A stretch of DNA of 64,000 nucleotides from assembly GCA_022701985.1 (NCBI GenBank), contig JAKONK010000053.1, forward strand, positions 1,320-65,319, given 5' to 3'. Positions 26,752 through 38,373 of the stretch are shown piece by piece. This stretch comes from Actinomycetales bacterium. GTDB lineage: Bacteria > Actinomycetota > Actinomycetes > Actinomycetales > Quadrisphaeraceae. Under the pieces are notes generated by a model. That model saw only the letters and a program-made list of their open reading frames with translations, was not told the origin of the DNA and did not search any database. The first letter of the stretch is position 1; each line of letters opens with the position of its first letter. The position numbers were made by a program, and so were the translations under genes.

Positions 26752-27788
26752 GCCGTCGCCAGCAGCGGCACGGCCGCCACCTGGAGCAGCTCGGCGAGCC
26801 GCTCCCACCCGGGGCCGCGGGTGCCGGGGCGCTGCGGGGAGCGGTCGGCGACCAGCGCGGGCACCACCGCGAGCGCCCCGTCGGTGCTGCTGCGGCCGAC
26901 CACGCCCACCTCGACGACGCGGCGCAGGGCCCCCTCGCGGCGCAGGTGCACGACCACCTGGAGCCCCGCCTCCGCCTGGGCGGCCAGGGCGTCCGGACCG
27001 AGGCCCCCCAGAGCTCCCAGCGCCGCCAGGCGGGCCGGGACGGCGGACGCGGCGTTGGCGTGCACGGTGCAGCAGCCGCCCTCGTGGCCGGTGTTGAGGG
27101 CGAGCAGCAGGTCGGCGACCTCCGCGCCGCGCACCTCGCCCACCACCAGCCGGTCGGGGCGCATCCGCAGCGCCTGGCGCACGAGCTCGCGCTGGCCCAC
27201 GGCGCCGGCGCCCTCGACGTTGCCGTGCCGCGCCTGCAGGCGCACGACGTGGGGGTGGGCGGGCGCCAGCTCGCCGGCGTCCTCGACGAGCACGATCCGC
27301 TCGCGCGGGTCGGCGAGGCCGAGCAGCGCGGCCAGCAGGGTCGTCTTGCCGCTGCCCGTGCCCCCCGAGACGAGCAGCGACAGCCGGCGCCGCACGACCG
27401 CCGCGAGCACCGGCCCCCACCCCGGGGGCACCGACCCGCCCGCCTCGAGCTCGGACAGGCGCAGCGGTGCCCGGCTGGGGACCCGCAGCGACAGCAGGGT
27501 CCCGCTGCCGGAGACCGGGGGCAGCACGGCGTGCAGGCGGGTCCCGTCGGCGAGGACGGCGTCGACGCAGGGGCTGGCGTCGTCCAGCCGCCGGCCGGCG
27601 GTCGCTGCGAGCCGCACCGCCAGGGCGCGCAGGCCGTCCTCCGACCCGACGTCCAGGTCGACGCGCTCCAGCCCGTCGCCGCGGTCGACCCAGACGGAGC
27701 CGGGCCCGTTGACCAGCACGTCGGTGGTGCCCGGGAGGTCGAGGAGCTGCTGCAGCGGACCGGCGACCGGGGTACCGGCGGGTGTCAT
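26748..27788 (-). CDS. tadA: TadA/CpaF pilus assembly ATPase
   Basis: Walker A GGTGSGKTT, ALRMRPDRLVVGEVRG, NTGHEG. Confidence 0.93.
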   Translation of the reverse strand: MTPAGTPVAGPLQQLLDLPGTTDVLVNGPGSVWVDRGDGLERVDLDVGSEDGLRALAVRLAATAGRRLDDASPCVDAVLADGTRLHAVLPPVSGSGTLLSLRVPSRAPLRLSELEAGGSVPPGWGPVLAAVVRRRLSLLVSGGTGSGKTTLLAALLGLADPRERIVLVEDAGELAPAHPHVVRLQARHGNVEGAGAVGQRELVRQALRMRPDRLVVGEVRGAEVADLLLALNTGHEGGCCTVHANAASAVPARLAALGALGGLGPDALAAQAEAGLQVVVHLRREGALRRVVEVGVVGRSSTDGALAVVPALVADRSPQRPGTRGPGWERLAELLQVAAVPLLATA

Positions 27789-29032
27789 GCGCGCCTCCGC
27801 CGTCCGCGGCCGGCGCGGGACCCGCCACCGGGTGCCGCACCGCCAGCACCGGCACCGCTCGCACCGCTGGCTGCGGGGACGGGGTCACGGGGGTCGAGCT
27901 CGTCGACGGCGTGGAGCACCGAGCGCGCGCACCGGGCGAGGGCCCCGCGCGGTCGGGGCAGCGGCTCACCGCGACCGAGGGCCGCGCGCACGTCCGCGGC
28001 GTGGCCGAGGTGGTCGAGCAGCGGCAGGGCGAGCGCGTCGGCCACGTCGTCGGGGGCCAGGGGCGCCCCGGGGCGCGTCGAGACGACGAGGCGCACGTCA
28101 CCGGCGGGACCGACGAGCCCCGGCAGCAGCGCCTGAGCGGCGGCCACGGCGCGGAGCTGGGCGGGCACCAGCACCACGAGCAGGTCCAGCTGCCACAGCA
28201 GGGACTCCAGCGCGGGACCCGTGCGGGGGAGGTCGACGACCACCAGGTCGCTGGCGCGGGCCGCGGCCGCCACCACCGCCTCCACGGCCTGCACCGGTGC
28301 CGCTCCACCGGTCGTCGCGGAGCCCCGTGGTCCCTCCCCCGGGCCCGCTGACCAGGCGAGCACGGGCAGGCCGCTGCCGGTGCGCGGCAGGCCGTCGCGC
28401 AGGGAGGCAGCGCGCAGGCGGGGCCCGGCCCCGAGCAGGTCGGGCCAGCGCAGGCCCGGCTCGTCGTGGACCCCCAGCAGGAGGTCGGCGCCTCCGCCCA
28501 CGGGGTCGGCGTCGAGCAGGAGCGCGGTGCGGGCGGGGGCGGTGCGGGCCGCAGCCGCGGCCAGGACGGAGGCCCCCGCTCCCCCGCAGGCGCCGACGAC
28601 CCCCACCAGCCGGCCCCGCAGACCGGGGCCCTCCGCGGCGGCGGCGAGCGCGCTCGCCACGAGCGGCGACTGGTCGGGCAGCACGGCGACGGCCTCCGCC
28701 CCGGCGTCGACGGCGGCGCGCCAGAGCCGGGCGCTCCCGTCGGTGCCGTCGGTGCCGTCGGTGCCGTCGGGAGCGACGAGCAGCACCCCCGGCCGCCTCA
28801 GGGGCACGCCGCGGGCGGCGGCGTCGTCGCCGAGCAGCACGGTGCCCGCGTCGCGCCACAGGCCGCCGGCCGCGGCGACGTCGGCGGCGACCCGGACCCG
28901 GGCGCCCTCGGCCGCGGCCAGCCGCAGCACGTGCTCCACGAGCACCGAGCGACCGGTCACGAGCAGCACCTCGTCGGTCGCGGAGGGAGCTGCCGCCCGC
29001 GCGACCCGGTCCTCACCAGCACCTGCGTCCAC
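27785..29032 (-). CDS. ssd: Ssd/TadZ-like septum-site-determining protein
   Basis: Degenerate Walker A GACGGAGAS, DADPVGGG, GLRWPDL. Confidence 0.85.
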   Translation of the reverse strand: MDAGAGEDRVARAAAPSATDEVLLVTGRSVLVEHVLRLAAAEGARVRVAADVAAAGGLWRDAGTVLLGDDAAARGVPLRRPGVLLVAPDGTDGTDGTDGSARLWRAAVDAGAEAVAVLPDQSPLVASALAAAAEGPGLRGRLVGVVGACGGAGASVLAAAAARTAPARTALLLDADPVGGGADLLLGVHDEPGLRWPDLLGAGPRLRAASLRDGLPRTGSGLPVLAWSAGPGEGPRGSATTGGAAPVQAVEAVVAAAARASDLVVVDLPRTGPALESLLWQLDLLVVLVPAQLRAVAAAQALLPGLVGPAGDVRLVVSTRPGAPLAPDDVADALALPLLDHLGHAADVRAALGRGEPLPRPRGALARCARSVLHAVDELDPRDPVPAASGASGAGAGGAAPGGGSRAGRGRRRRA

Positions 29033-29039
29033 GGGACCG

Positions 29040-29128
29040 ACCCTGGGGCGTCCGTCCCGCCCCCCGTCGGCTCCGGCGGCCGCCTGTGGACAGCGGCGCG
29101 CCGGGGCCGCCCTGTGGGCGCAGCGGCG
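29040..29128 (-). promoter_or_regulatory. Tad element copy 2 plus putative -10 (ssd promoter)
   Basis: CCTGTGGAC (29083-91), N19, CCTGTGGGCGCAGCGGCG (29111-28); minus-strand CAGGGT at 29040-45, 7 nt from the GTG. Confidence 0.65.
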
Positions 29129-29250
29129 CCCGGCACCGTGATGACCACCCCGTGACCCGCGCTTGACCTCCCCTTGACGGACGCTCCGCCACGGGCTGTG
29201 CTGTGGGCCGGTCGTGCGCGACGAGGCGCCGACCCGCCCCAGGAGGTTCC

Positions 29251-29601
29251 ATGACCGCCGACCACCGCCCGCCCGCCGGGGCGCAGCGCCCGCCGGGCTT
29301 CGACGAGGTGCGCGACAGCGCCGAGTTCGCGGCGCTGCGCCGCTCCTTCCGCCGCGTCGTCTTCCCGACCACCGCCGGGTTCCTCGCCTGGTACGCCCTC
29401 TACGTGCTCCTGGCCGCCTACGCGCCGGAGCTCATGGGCACCCGCCTCGGCGGCAGCACCATCACGGTCGGGCTGCTGATGGGCCTCGGGCAGTTCGTGA
29501 CCACGTTCGCCATCACCATGGCCTACCGGCGCTGGGCCGACCGCCGCTTCGACGCCCGTGCCGAGGCGCTGCGCGACCGCATCACCGGGGGTGCCCGGTG
29601 A
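29251..29601 (+). CDS. DUF485 (YjcH-like) membrane protein
   Basis: Two TM helices, AGGAGG SD, coupled to actP. Confidence 0.85.
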   Translation: MTADHRPPAGAQRPPGFDEVRDSAEFAALRRSFRRVVFPTTAGFLAWYALYVLLAAYAPELMGTRLGGSTITVGLLMGLGQFVTTFAITMAYRRWADRRFDARAEALRDRITGGAR

Positions 29602-31229
29602 ACCTCGGCAACCCGCTCGTCAACATCGCGATCTTCGGGGCCTTCGTCGCGGTGACGATGGTCATCGTCCTGAGGGCCTCGCGGAACAACAAGACCGCCG
29701 CGGACTACTACGCCGCCGGCCGCTCCTTCTCCGGCCCCCAGAACGGCACCGCGATCGCCGGTGACTACCTCTCGGCGGCCAGCTTCCTCGGCATCGCGGG
29801 CGCCATCGCCATCTACGGCTACGACGGCTTCCTGTACTCGATCGGGTTCCTCGTCGCCTGGCTCGTGGCGCTGCTGCTCGTGGCCGAGCTGCTGCGCAAC
29901 ACCGGCAAGTTCACGATGGCAGACGTCCTCAGCTTCCGGCTGCGCCAGCGGCCCGTCCGCATGGCCGCCGCCCTGGCGACGCTGGCGGTCTGCTTCTTCT
30001 ACCTGCTGGCGCAGATGGCCGGCGCGGGCGGCCTGGTGGCGCTGCTGCTGGGCATCACCGCGCCCGCCGGGCAGTACGTGGTCGTCGCCGTCGTCGGCGT
30101 GCTCATGATCGTGTACGTGCTGGTCGGCGGCATGAAGGGCACCACGTGGGTGCAGATCGTCAAGGCGGTGCTCCTCATCGTCGGCGCCGGCGCGATGACG
30201 GTGTGGGTGCTCGCCACCTACGACTTCAACGTCTCGAGCCTGATGCAGGCGGCGATCGACACCGCCGCCGCGCAGGGCGTGGAGGACCCCGAGGGCCTCA
30301 TCGAGCCGATGAACCAGTACGGCGCCACCGCGCTGACCAAGCTGAACTTCCTGTCGCTGGCCCTGGCGCTGGTGCTGGGCACCGCCGGCCTGCCCCACGT
30401 GCTGATGCGCTTCTACACGGTCCCCGACGCCAAGCAGGCCCGCCGCAGCGTGGTCTGGGCGATCTGGCTGATCGGCCTCTTCTACCTGTTCACGCTGGTG
30501 CTGGGCTACGGCGCCGGGGCCCTCGTGGGGCCGGAGGCGATCCGCGCCGCCCCGGGCGGGGTCAACAGCGCGGCACCGCTGCTCGCCTACGAGCTGGGCG
30601 GCACCCTGCTGCTGGGCTTCATCGCGGCGGTGGCCTTCGCGACGATCCTCGCCGTCGTCGCCGGCCTGGCCATCACCGCGGCGGCCTCCTTCGCGCACGA
30701 CGTCTACGCCAGCGTCGTCAAGGACGGGAAGCCCGACCCGGGCGCCGAGGTGAGGGTCGCGCGGCGGACGGTCGTGGTCATCGGTGCCGTCGCGATCCTC
30801 GGCGGCATGTTCGCGGTCGGGCAGAACGTGGCGTTCCTGGTGGCCCTCGCCTTCGCCGTCGCCGCGAGCGCCAACCTGCCGACGCTCGTGTACTCGCTTT
30901 TCTGGCGGCGCTTCACCACCCGCGGTGCGCTGTGGTCGATCTACGGCGGGCTGGGCAGCTGCCTGCTGCTCATCGCCTTCTCACCCGTGGTCTCGGGCAA
31001 GGTCGACCCGGTGACGGGTGCGAGCCTGTCGCTGGTCAAGGACGTCGGCGTCGACTTCGCCCTGTTCCCGCTGGAGAACCCCGGGATCGTCTCGATCCCG
31101 CTGGCCTTCCTGCTCGGGTGGGTCGGGACGATGACGAGCCGGCCGGAGCCCGACCACGAGGCGAAGGCCGACGAGATGGAGGTGCGCGCGCTCACCGGCG
31201 CGGGCGCCGAGGGCGCCGTCGACCACTGA
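29598..31229 (+). CDS. actP: Cation/acetate symporter (SSS family)
   Basis: AIAGDYLSAASFLG and GTAGLPHVLMRFYT motifs; GTGA overlap with the upstream gene. Confidence 0.92.
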   Translation: MNLGNPLVNIAIFGAFVAVTMVIVLRASRNNKTAADYYAAGRSFSGPQNGTAIAGDYLSAASFLGIAGAIAIYGYDGFLYSIGFLVAWLVALLLVAELLRNTGKFTMADVLSFRLRQRPVRMAAALATLAVCFFYLLAQMAGAGGLVALLLGITAPAGQYVVVAVVGVLMIVYVLVGGMKGTTWVQIVKAVLLIVGAGAMTVWVLATYDFNVSSLMQAAIDTAAAQGVEDPEGLIEPMNQYGATALTKLNFLSLALALVLGTAGLPHVLMRFYTVPDAKQARRSVVWAIWLIGLFYLFTLVLGYGAGALVGPEAIRAAPGGVNSAAPLLAYELGGTLLLGFIAAVAFATILAVVAGLAITAAASFAHDVYASVVKDGKPDPGAEVRVARRTVVVIGAVAILGGMFAVGQNVAFLVALAFAVAASANLPTLVYSLFWRRFTTRGALWSIYGGLGSCLLLIAFSPVVSGKVDPVTGASLSLVKDVGVDFALFPLENPGIVSIPLAFLLGWVGTMTSRPEPDHEAKADEMEVRALTGAGAEGAVDH

Positions 31230-31405
31230 CGCCCGCGCCGGGGTCGTCGGTCGGCCGCAGCCCGCCGCCCAGCAGCGGGTGACCGACCGGCGACCAACCC
31301 CGCCGGACCACCCTGATCCGCACCAGACCCGCTGGCTAGGGTCGGCCACGGCCGTTCCCTGCCGACCGTGAAGCACCACGACGCGTGCACGACCCGGAGG
31401 ACGCG

Positions 31406-33394
<1,989 letters not shown>

Positions 33395-33401
33395 CCCGCG
33401 G

Positions 33402-33469
33402 CCCACCCGGGGGGCGGTGACCCGGCGGTGACCGGCGGGGTCCCCGCCGGTCACCGCCCCCCGGGTGGG
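33402..33469. terminator. Nested or alternative hairpins downstream of acs
   Basis: 21-bp perfect inverted repeat (33402-22/33449-69) and 17-bp perfect inverted repeat (33424-40/33442-58). Confidence 0.6.
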
Positions 33470-33573
33470 GGCCTCCACCGCGCGTGAGGGCCGGGGCCCC
33501 CCTACGCTCGCCGAGCAGAGTCCGCGGCAGGACAGGTCACCCGCAGCGGACCCGACGACCAGGAGGAACACCG

Positions 33574-33972
33574 GTGAGCCACACCACGGGCACCACGGGC
33601 AGCGAGCGCACCATCGGCCAGCTCGTCGCCGACGCCAGTCGCGACCTGTCGGCGCTCGTGCGCGCCGAGATCGCGCTCGCCAAGGCGGAGATCACCACCG
33701 AGGTGAAGCAGGGCGCGATCGGCGCGGGCCTCTTCGTCGGCGCGGCCGTCTTCGGCGGCATCGGCGGCCTCTTCGTGCTGCTGGCGATCGCCTGGCTGCT
33801 CTCGGAGTGGCTGCCCACCTGGGCGGGCTTCCTCATCGTGGCCGTGGTGCTGCTGGTCGTCGCGGGGGCCCTGGCGCTCGTGGGCAAGAGCCGGATCGGC
33901 AAGGTCGGCAAGCCCGAGCGCACCATCTCGACGTCCAAGCAGTCGATCGAGGCGCTGAAGGGCCACCGCTGA
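33574..33972 (+). CDS. Phage-holin-like membrane protein (DUF1469 type)
   Basis: IGQLVADASRDLSALVRAEIALAKAE motif, two TM helices, AGGAGG SD. Confidence 0.85.
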   Translation: MSHTTGTTGSERTIGQLVADASRDLSALVRAEIALAKAEITTEVKQGAIGAGLFVGAAVFGGIGGLFVLLAIAWLLSEWLPTWAGFLIVAVVLLVVAGALALVGKSRIGKVGKPERTISTSKQSIEALKGHR

Positions 33973-33994
33973 CCGCTGCCGGGGTGCTGGGGCG

Positions 33995-34942
33995 GTGAGG
34001 CAGCCACCGCGCGGTCTGAGGGCGGGCCCTCCCGTCGACGCGGCCGAGCTGCTCGACGAGGGCCCCTGGCGGCACCGCTACGTCACCGCGAACGGCTGCC
34101 GCTTCCACGTCGCGGAGGCGGGTCCGGACGACGGCTCCGCGCCGCTCGTCCTCCTGCTCCACGGCTTCCCGCAGACCTGGCGCGCCTGGAAGCACCAGCT
34201 GGTGGCGCTGCCGGCCGCCGGCTACCGCGCCGCAGCGCTCGACCTGCGCGGCAGCGGGGCCTCCGACAAGCCGCCCCGCGGCTACGACACCGCCACCCTG
34301 GCCGCCGACGCGGCCGGGGTGGTGCGCGCGCTCGGGGCCAGCAGCGCCGTCCTCGCGGGCAGCGGCTGGGGCGGCTGGGTCGCGTGGGCCTCCCCCGCGC
34401 TGCAGCCCGCCACGACCGCGGCCGTCGCCTCCCTGGGCGAGCCCCACCCCCTCATCGCGCTGCGCGAGCCGTGGCGGGCGCTGACGCCGTCCGCCCTGCG
34501 CCACCTCGCGCGGTCGCAGGTGCCGGTCGAGCCCGAGTGGGCCGTCCGCGACGGCTCGACGGTCGAGCAGGTGCTGCGCGGCTGGGGCGCCCCCGGCTGG
34601 GCGACCCCGGAGGTCGTGGCCGAGCACGCCGCGGCGCTGCGCGTGCCGTTCGCCGCGCACGCTGCCATGGAGTGCTACCGCTGGGTGGTGCGGTCCCGGG
34701 TGCGCCCCGACGGCCGCGCCCTCGCGAGCGCGCTGGCGCGGCCCGTGGCGGTGCCCGTGCTGCACGCGCAGGGCGCTGAGGACGGCGCCGTCGTCGCCCG
34801 GGCCGCTCGCCGCAGCGGCGAGCGCGCCGGCTCGTCCTACCGCTGGTCGCTGGTGCCCGGTGCTGGGCACTTCCTCGGCGAGGAGGCCCCCGGGGCGGCC
34901 AGCGAGCTGCTGCTCGACTGGCTGGGCGACCTGCGCCTCTGA
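33995..34942 (+). CDS. Alpha/beta-fold hydrolase (epoxide-hydrolase-like)
   Basis: LLHGFPQ, DLRGSG, GAGHF; the nucleophile loop reads GSGWGG. Confidence 0.85.
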   Translation: MRQPPRGLRAGPPVDAAELLDEGPWRHRYVTANGCRFHVAEAGPDDGSAPLVLLLHGFPQTWRAWKHQLVALPAAGYRAAALDLRGSGASDKPPRGYDTATLAADAAGVVRALGASSAVLAGSGWGGWVAWASPALQPATTAAVASLGEPHPLIALREPWRALTPSALRHLARSQVPVEPEWAVRDGSTVEQVLRGWGAPGWATPEVVAEHAAALRVPFAAHAAMECYRWVVRSRVRPDGRALASALARPVAVPVLHAQGAEDGAVVARAARRSGERAGSSYRWSLVPGAGHFLGEEAPGAASELLLDWLGDLRL

Positions 34943-34943
34943 C

Positions 34944-36128
34944 TCAGCTCGTCGTGCAGGCCCCGGTGGACACCGGGGTCGTGGCCTCCTGGGCCTCCTG
35001 CAGCACCGGGCGCGCCTCGTCGAGGGTGAGGGCGTAGCCCGTGCCCGGGTCGGTGAGGGAGCGCGCGAAGACGACGCCGACCACGTTGCCGCCCGGGTCG
35101 AGCAGCGGGCCCCCGGAGTTGCCGGGCTCGACCTCGGCGGCCAGGGAGTAGACCTCGCGCACCACCGCAGAGGTGCCGTAGATGTCCTGCCCCTCGGCGC
35201 GCACCACCTCGCGCACGCGGGCCGGGACGGCGGTGAACGGGCCGTCCTGGGGGAACCCGGCGACGACGGCGTCTGCGGAGCTCCCCAGCTGGCGCCCGGT
35301 GCCCAGCGGCTCGGCGCGCAGCCCGGGCACGGCGAGCACGGCGAGGTCCTCCGCGGGGTCGAACAGGACCACGGTGGCCTCGAGCGCCTCGCCCTCGCCG
35401 CCGACCTGGACGGTGGGCCGCTCGACGCCGGCCACGACGTGCGCGTTGGTGACCACCCGCTGCGGGGCGACGACGAAGCCGCTGCCCTCGCTCCCGCGCC
35501 GGCACGCCTGCGCCGTTCCCGTGATCTTCACGACGCCCCGCTGGGCGACCGAGACGGCCCCGCCGACGACGGCGTCGTTCGGGGGCGCCACCTGCGTCAG
35601 CGGCTCCTCGCCGGTGCCGCTGAAGACGCGGGGGAAGTCGTTGGCCTCGACCACGGAGCGGAACCCGGCGAACAGGGTCTCGGCCTGGGGCGGGACCAGG
35701 GTGCCGATCGTCGCGATGACCTTCGAGGACGCGACGGCCCGCGCGAGGGAGGGCATCGGCCCGGCGCGCACGGCCCCGGCCACGAACCACGACACGAGCG
35801 CGACGGCGACGACGGCGGCCACCGCGCCCAGGGCGGAGTCGACCACCTGGGCGGGCTGCCAGGTGATGACGTCGCGCAGCTTCCGGCCGACCAGGGAGCC
35901 CAGCAGCTGGCAGCCCCACGCGACGAGGAGCACCCCGACCACCACGAGGACGGTGCGGGTGCGCCCGGGCTCCATCGAGGTGACCACCAGAGGCAGCAAC
36001 CACATGCCGAGACCGGCGCCGGCGATGAAGGCGCCCACCGACAGCACGCCCACCACCAGGCCCTGCCGCAGCCCGGAGAGCCCGTAGACGATGAGGAGCA
36101 GGAGCAGGACGACGTCGAGCGTGCTCAC
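34944..36128 (-). CDS. marP: MarP-family membrane serine protease
   Basis: CvpA-like TM domain, TNAHVV, DLAVL, GNSGGP; two Cys for the disulfide. Confidence 0.92.
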   Translation of the reverse strand: MSTLDVVLLLLLIVYGLSGLRQGLVVGVLSVGAFIAGAGLGMWLLPLVVTSMEPGRTRTVLVVVGVLLVAWGCQLLGSLVGRKLRDVITWQPAQVVDSALGAVAAVVAVALVSWFVAGAVRAGPMPSLARAVASSKVIATIGTLVPPQAETLFAGFRSVVEANDFPRVFSGTGEEPLTQVAPPNDAVVGGAVSVAQRGVVKITGTAQACRRGSEGSGFVVAPQRVVTNAHVVAGVERPTVQVGGEGEALEATVVLFDPAEDLAVLAVPGLRAEPLGTGRQLGSSADAVVAGFPQDGPFTAVPARVREVVRAEGQDIYGTSAVVREVYSLAAEVEPGNSGGPLLDPGGNVVGVVFARSLTDPGTGYALTLDEARPVLQEAQEATTPVSTGACTTS

Positions 36129-36832
36129 GAGCGGCCCGCCCCGCGGGTGGCCGCCCCGGTGACCGAGCTCAGGGGCACCTCGCGCGCGGCGTCCCACGGC
36201 CGCTCCAGGCCCCCGGCGCGCAGCAGGGCGTCGAGGAGCACCGCGGTGAAGCCCCAGACCACGAGGTCGTCGACGGCGAAGGTGGGCCCCGTCCACCCCG
36301 AGGGGCTGCGCACCACGGCGCGGGCCGCCGGGTCGGCCAGGGCCCGCAGCGGCACCCGCAGCACCCGGGCGACCTCGGCGGGGTCGCCGACCACCGGCGC
36401 GGCGGGCACCGCCTGCCAGCCCAGCACCGGCACCACGGACGTCCCCGTCGGGGGCACCACGAGCGCCGGCATCCGACCCACCACGGCGACGCCGGCGGGG
36501 TCGACGCCCGCCTCCTCGTGGGCCTCGCGGAGGGCGGCGCGCACCGGGTCGCCGCCGTCGACGTCGTCGACGCCCCCTCCGGGGAAGGCGACCTGGCCGG
36601 CGTGGGTGCGCAGGCCGGAGGCCCGCTCGGTGAGCACCACGTCACCCGCGCCGTCGTCGCCCGGCCCCAGCAGCACGAGGACGGCGGCGCGGCGCCCCGC
36701 TCGGGCTCCGAGGGGGACGCCCTCGGAGCGCGCGGCACCGGCGCGACCGGCGAGGAGCTCGGCGACGGCGCTCCCGGCGGCGGGGAGCTCGCCGGCCAGC
36801 CGCTCCACCCACCCGGGCAGGGCGGCGCTCAC
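36125..36832 (-). CDS. Nudix CoA pyrophosphatase
   Basis: [20 protein letters not shown] and REAHEEAG motifs. Confidence 0.9.
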   Translation of the reverse strand: MSAALPGWVERLAGELPAAGSAVAELLAGRAGAARSEGVPLGARAGRRAAVLVLLGPGDDGAGDVVLTERASGLRTHAGQVAFPGGGVDDVDGGDPVRAALREAHEEAGVDPAGVAVVGRMPALVVPPTGTSVVPVLGWQAVPAAPVVGDPAEVARVLRVPLRALADPAARAVVRSPSGWTGPTFAVDDLVVWGFTAVLLDALLRAGGLERPWDAAREVPLSSVTGAATRGAGRS

Positions 36833-37563
36833 TCCAGACCGGCCTCGGTGAGCCCCTTGACCAGCGCGCGGGCCTTGGCGGGGTCGGTCTCGCCGGCGCC
36901 GTAGGAGGGGCAGTCGCGGGCGAGGGGGCAGGCGCCGCACGCCGGCCGCCGGGCGTGGCAGGTGCGGCGGCCGTGGAAGATCACGCGGTGGCTCAGCGGC
37001 GTCCAGTCGCTCCGGGGGAACAGGGCGGCGAGGTCGTCCTCGACGGCGACCGGGTCGTCGTGCTCGGTCCACCCGAAGCGCCGCGACAGGCGCCCGACGT
37101 GGGTGTCGACCGTGATGCCGGGCAGCCCGAAGGCGTCGCCCCGGACCACGTTGGCGGTCTTGCGGCCCACGCCGGGCAGGGTCACCAGGTCCTCGAGGCG
37201 GCGCGGCACCTCACCGCCGTAGGCGTCCACCAGGCGGGCCGCCAGGCCCTGCACCGAGGCGGCCTTCGCCCGGTAGAAGCCGACCGGCCGCAGCACCGCC
37301 TCGAGGGCCTCGCGGTCGGCGCCGGCGAGGTCGGCCGGGGTGGGCCAGGTGGCGAACAGGGCGGGCGTGACGGAGTTGACCCGCACGTCGGTGGTCTGCG
37401 CCGAGAGCACCGTGGCGACCAGCAGCTGGAACGGGGAGGTGAAGTCCAGCTCGCAGTGCGCGTCGGGGTAGCGCGCGGCCAGCACGCGGTGCATGCGTCG
37501 TGCGCGCCGCACGCGCCCCAGCGGCGTCTCGTGCGGGGCACCCCCTCCCGGCGTCGGCGTCAC
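36829..37563 (-). CDS. nth: Endonuclease III
   Basis: LSAQTTD, Hh[11 protein letters not shown], 4Fe-4[18 protein letters not shown]. Confidence 0.96.
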   Translation of the reverse strand: MTPTPGGGAPHETPLGRVRRARRMHRVLAARYPDAHCELDFTSPFQLLVATVLSAQTTDVRVNSVTPALFATWPTPADLAGADREALEAVLRPVGFYRAKAASVQGLAARLVDAYGGEVPRRLEDLVTLPGVGRKTANVVRGDAFGLPGITVDTHVGRLSRRFGWTEHDDPVAVEDDLAALFPRSDWTPLSHRVIFHGRRTCHARRPACGACPLARDCPSYGAGETDPAKARALVKGLTEAGLE

Positions 37564-37612
37564 CAGCGAAGGGTACGGGCGCTCCCCGGCGGGGCCGGGG
37601 AGGTCGGCGGGG

Positions 37613-38293
37613 TCAGCGCGCGCGGCGGCGCAGGCGCTCGACGTCGAGCAGGCTCACCGACCGCGCCTCGAGCTTGACCCAGCCGCGGGCGGCGAAGTCG
37701 GCGAGGGCCTTGTTGACCGTCTCGCGGGAGGCGCCGACCAGCTGGGCGAGCTCCTCCTGGGTGAGGTCGTGCTGCACGAGCAGCCCGGACTCGGTGGTGC
37801 GCCCGAAGCGCAGGGCCAGGTCGAGCAGGGTGCCGGCCACGCGGCCGGGCACGTCGGTGAAGACGAGGTCGGCGAGGGCCGTGGTGGTGCGGCGCAGGCG
37901 GCGGGCCAGGGCGCGCAGCAGCTGCTGGGCCACCTCCGGCCGCGGCGCCATCCAGGCGTAGAGCTCCTCGTAGTCGAGGGCGGCCAGGGTGGCCGGGCCG
38001 ACGGCCACGGCGCTGGAGGTGCGCGGGCCCGGGTCGAACCAGCTCAGCTCGCCGAACATCTCCCCCGGCCCGAGCACGGCGAGGAGGTTCTCGCGGCCGT
38101 CCGGGGAGGTGCGCCCGAGCTTGATCTTGCCGGTCTGGACGACGAAGAGGTCGGCGGGCTCGTCGCCCTGGGCGAAGAGGACCTGACCCCGCCGCAGCTC
38201 GACCATGCGCGCCAGGGACAGGAGGACCTCCACGGCGTCGTCGTCGACGCCCACGAACAGCGGGGCGCGTCGCAGCACGTCACGGTCGACCAC
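37613..38293 (-). CDS. crp: Crp/Fnr-family cAMP receptor protein (GlxR-like)
   Basis: [35 protein letters not shown]; CAGACT 6 nt before GTG 38293. Confidence 0.95.
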   Translation of the reverse strand: MVDRDVLRRAPLFVGVDDDAVEVLLSLARMVELRRGQVLFAQGDEPADLFVVQTGKIKLGRTSPDGRENLLAVLGPGEMFGELSWFDPGPRTSSAVAVGPATLAALDYEELYAWMAPRPEVAQQLLRALARRLRRTTTALADLVFTDVPGRVAGTLLDLALRFGRTTESGLLVQHDLTQEELAQLVGASRETVNKALADFAARGWVKLEARSVSLLDVERLRRRAR

Positions 38294-38373
38294 GGCCGCA
38301 GTCTGCCGCACCCCCGGGCGGGGGCCACCTGCAGGCCCGCCACCCGGGGGAACGCGCGCCGGGCGCACCGCCG

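Noticed and set aside
28740-28770. 9-bp repeat in ssd as a phase-variation tract
   Set aside because: In-frame DGT x3 in a linker; copy changes would not shift the frame
29083-29091. Replication origin or DnaA-box cluster
   Set aside because: Only isolated, mismatched TGTGGAC cores; no dnaA/dnaN context and no AT-rich unwinding region
25396-29166. 1256-aa plus-strand ORF over the Tad locus
   Set aside because: Low-complexity Arg/Ala/Pro antisense shadow
33574-33972. Prophage remnant (holin)
   Set aside because: A conserved chromosomal holin-like family in acs-marP synteny; no other phage genes
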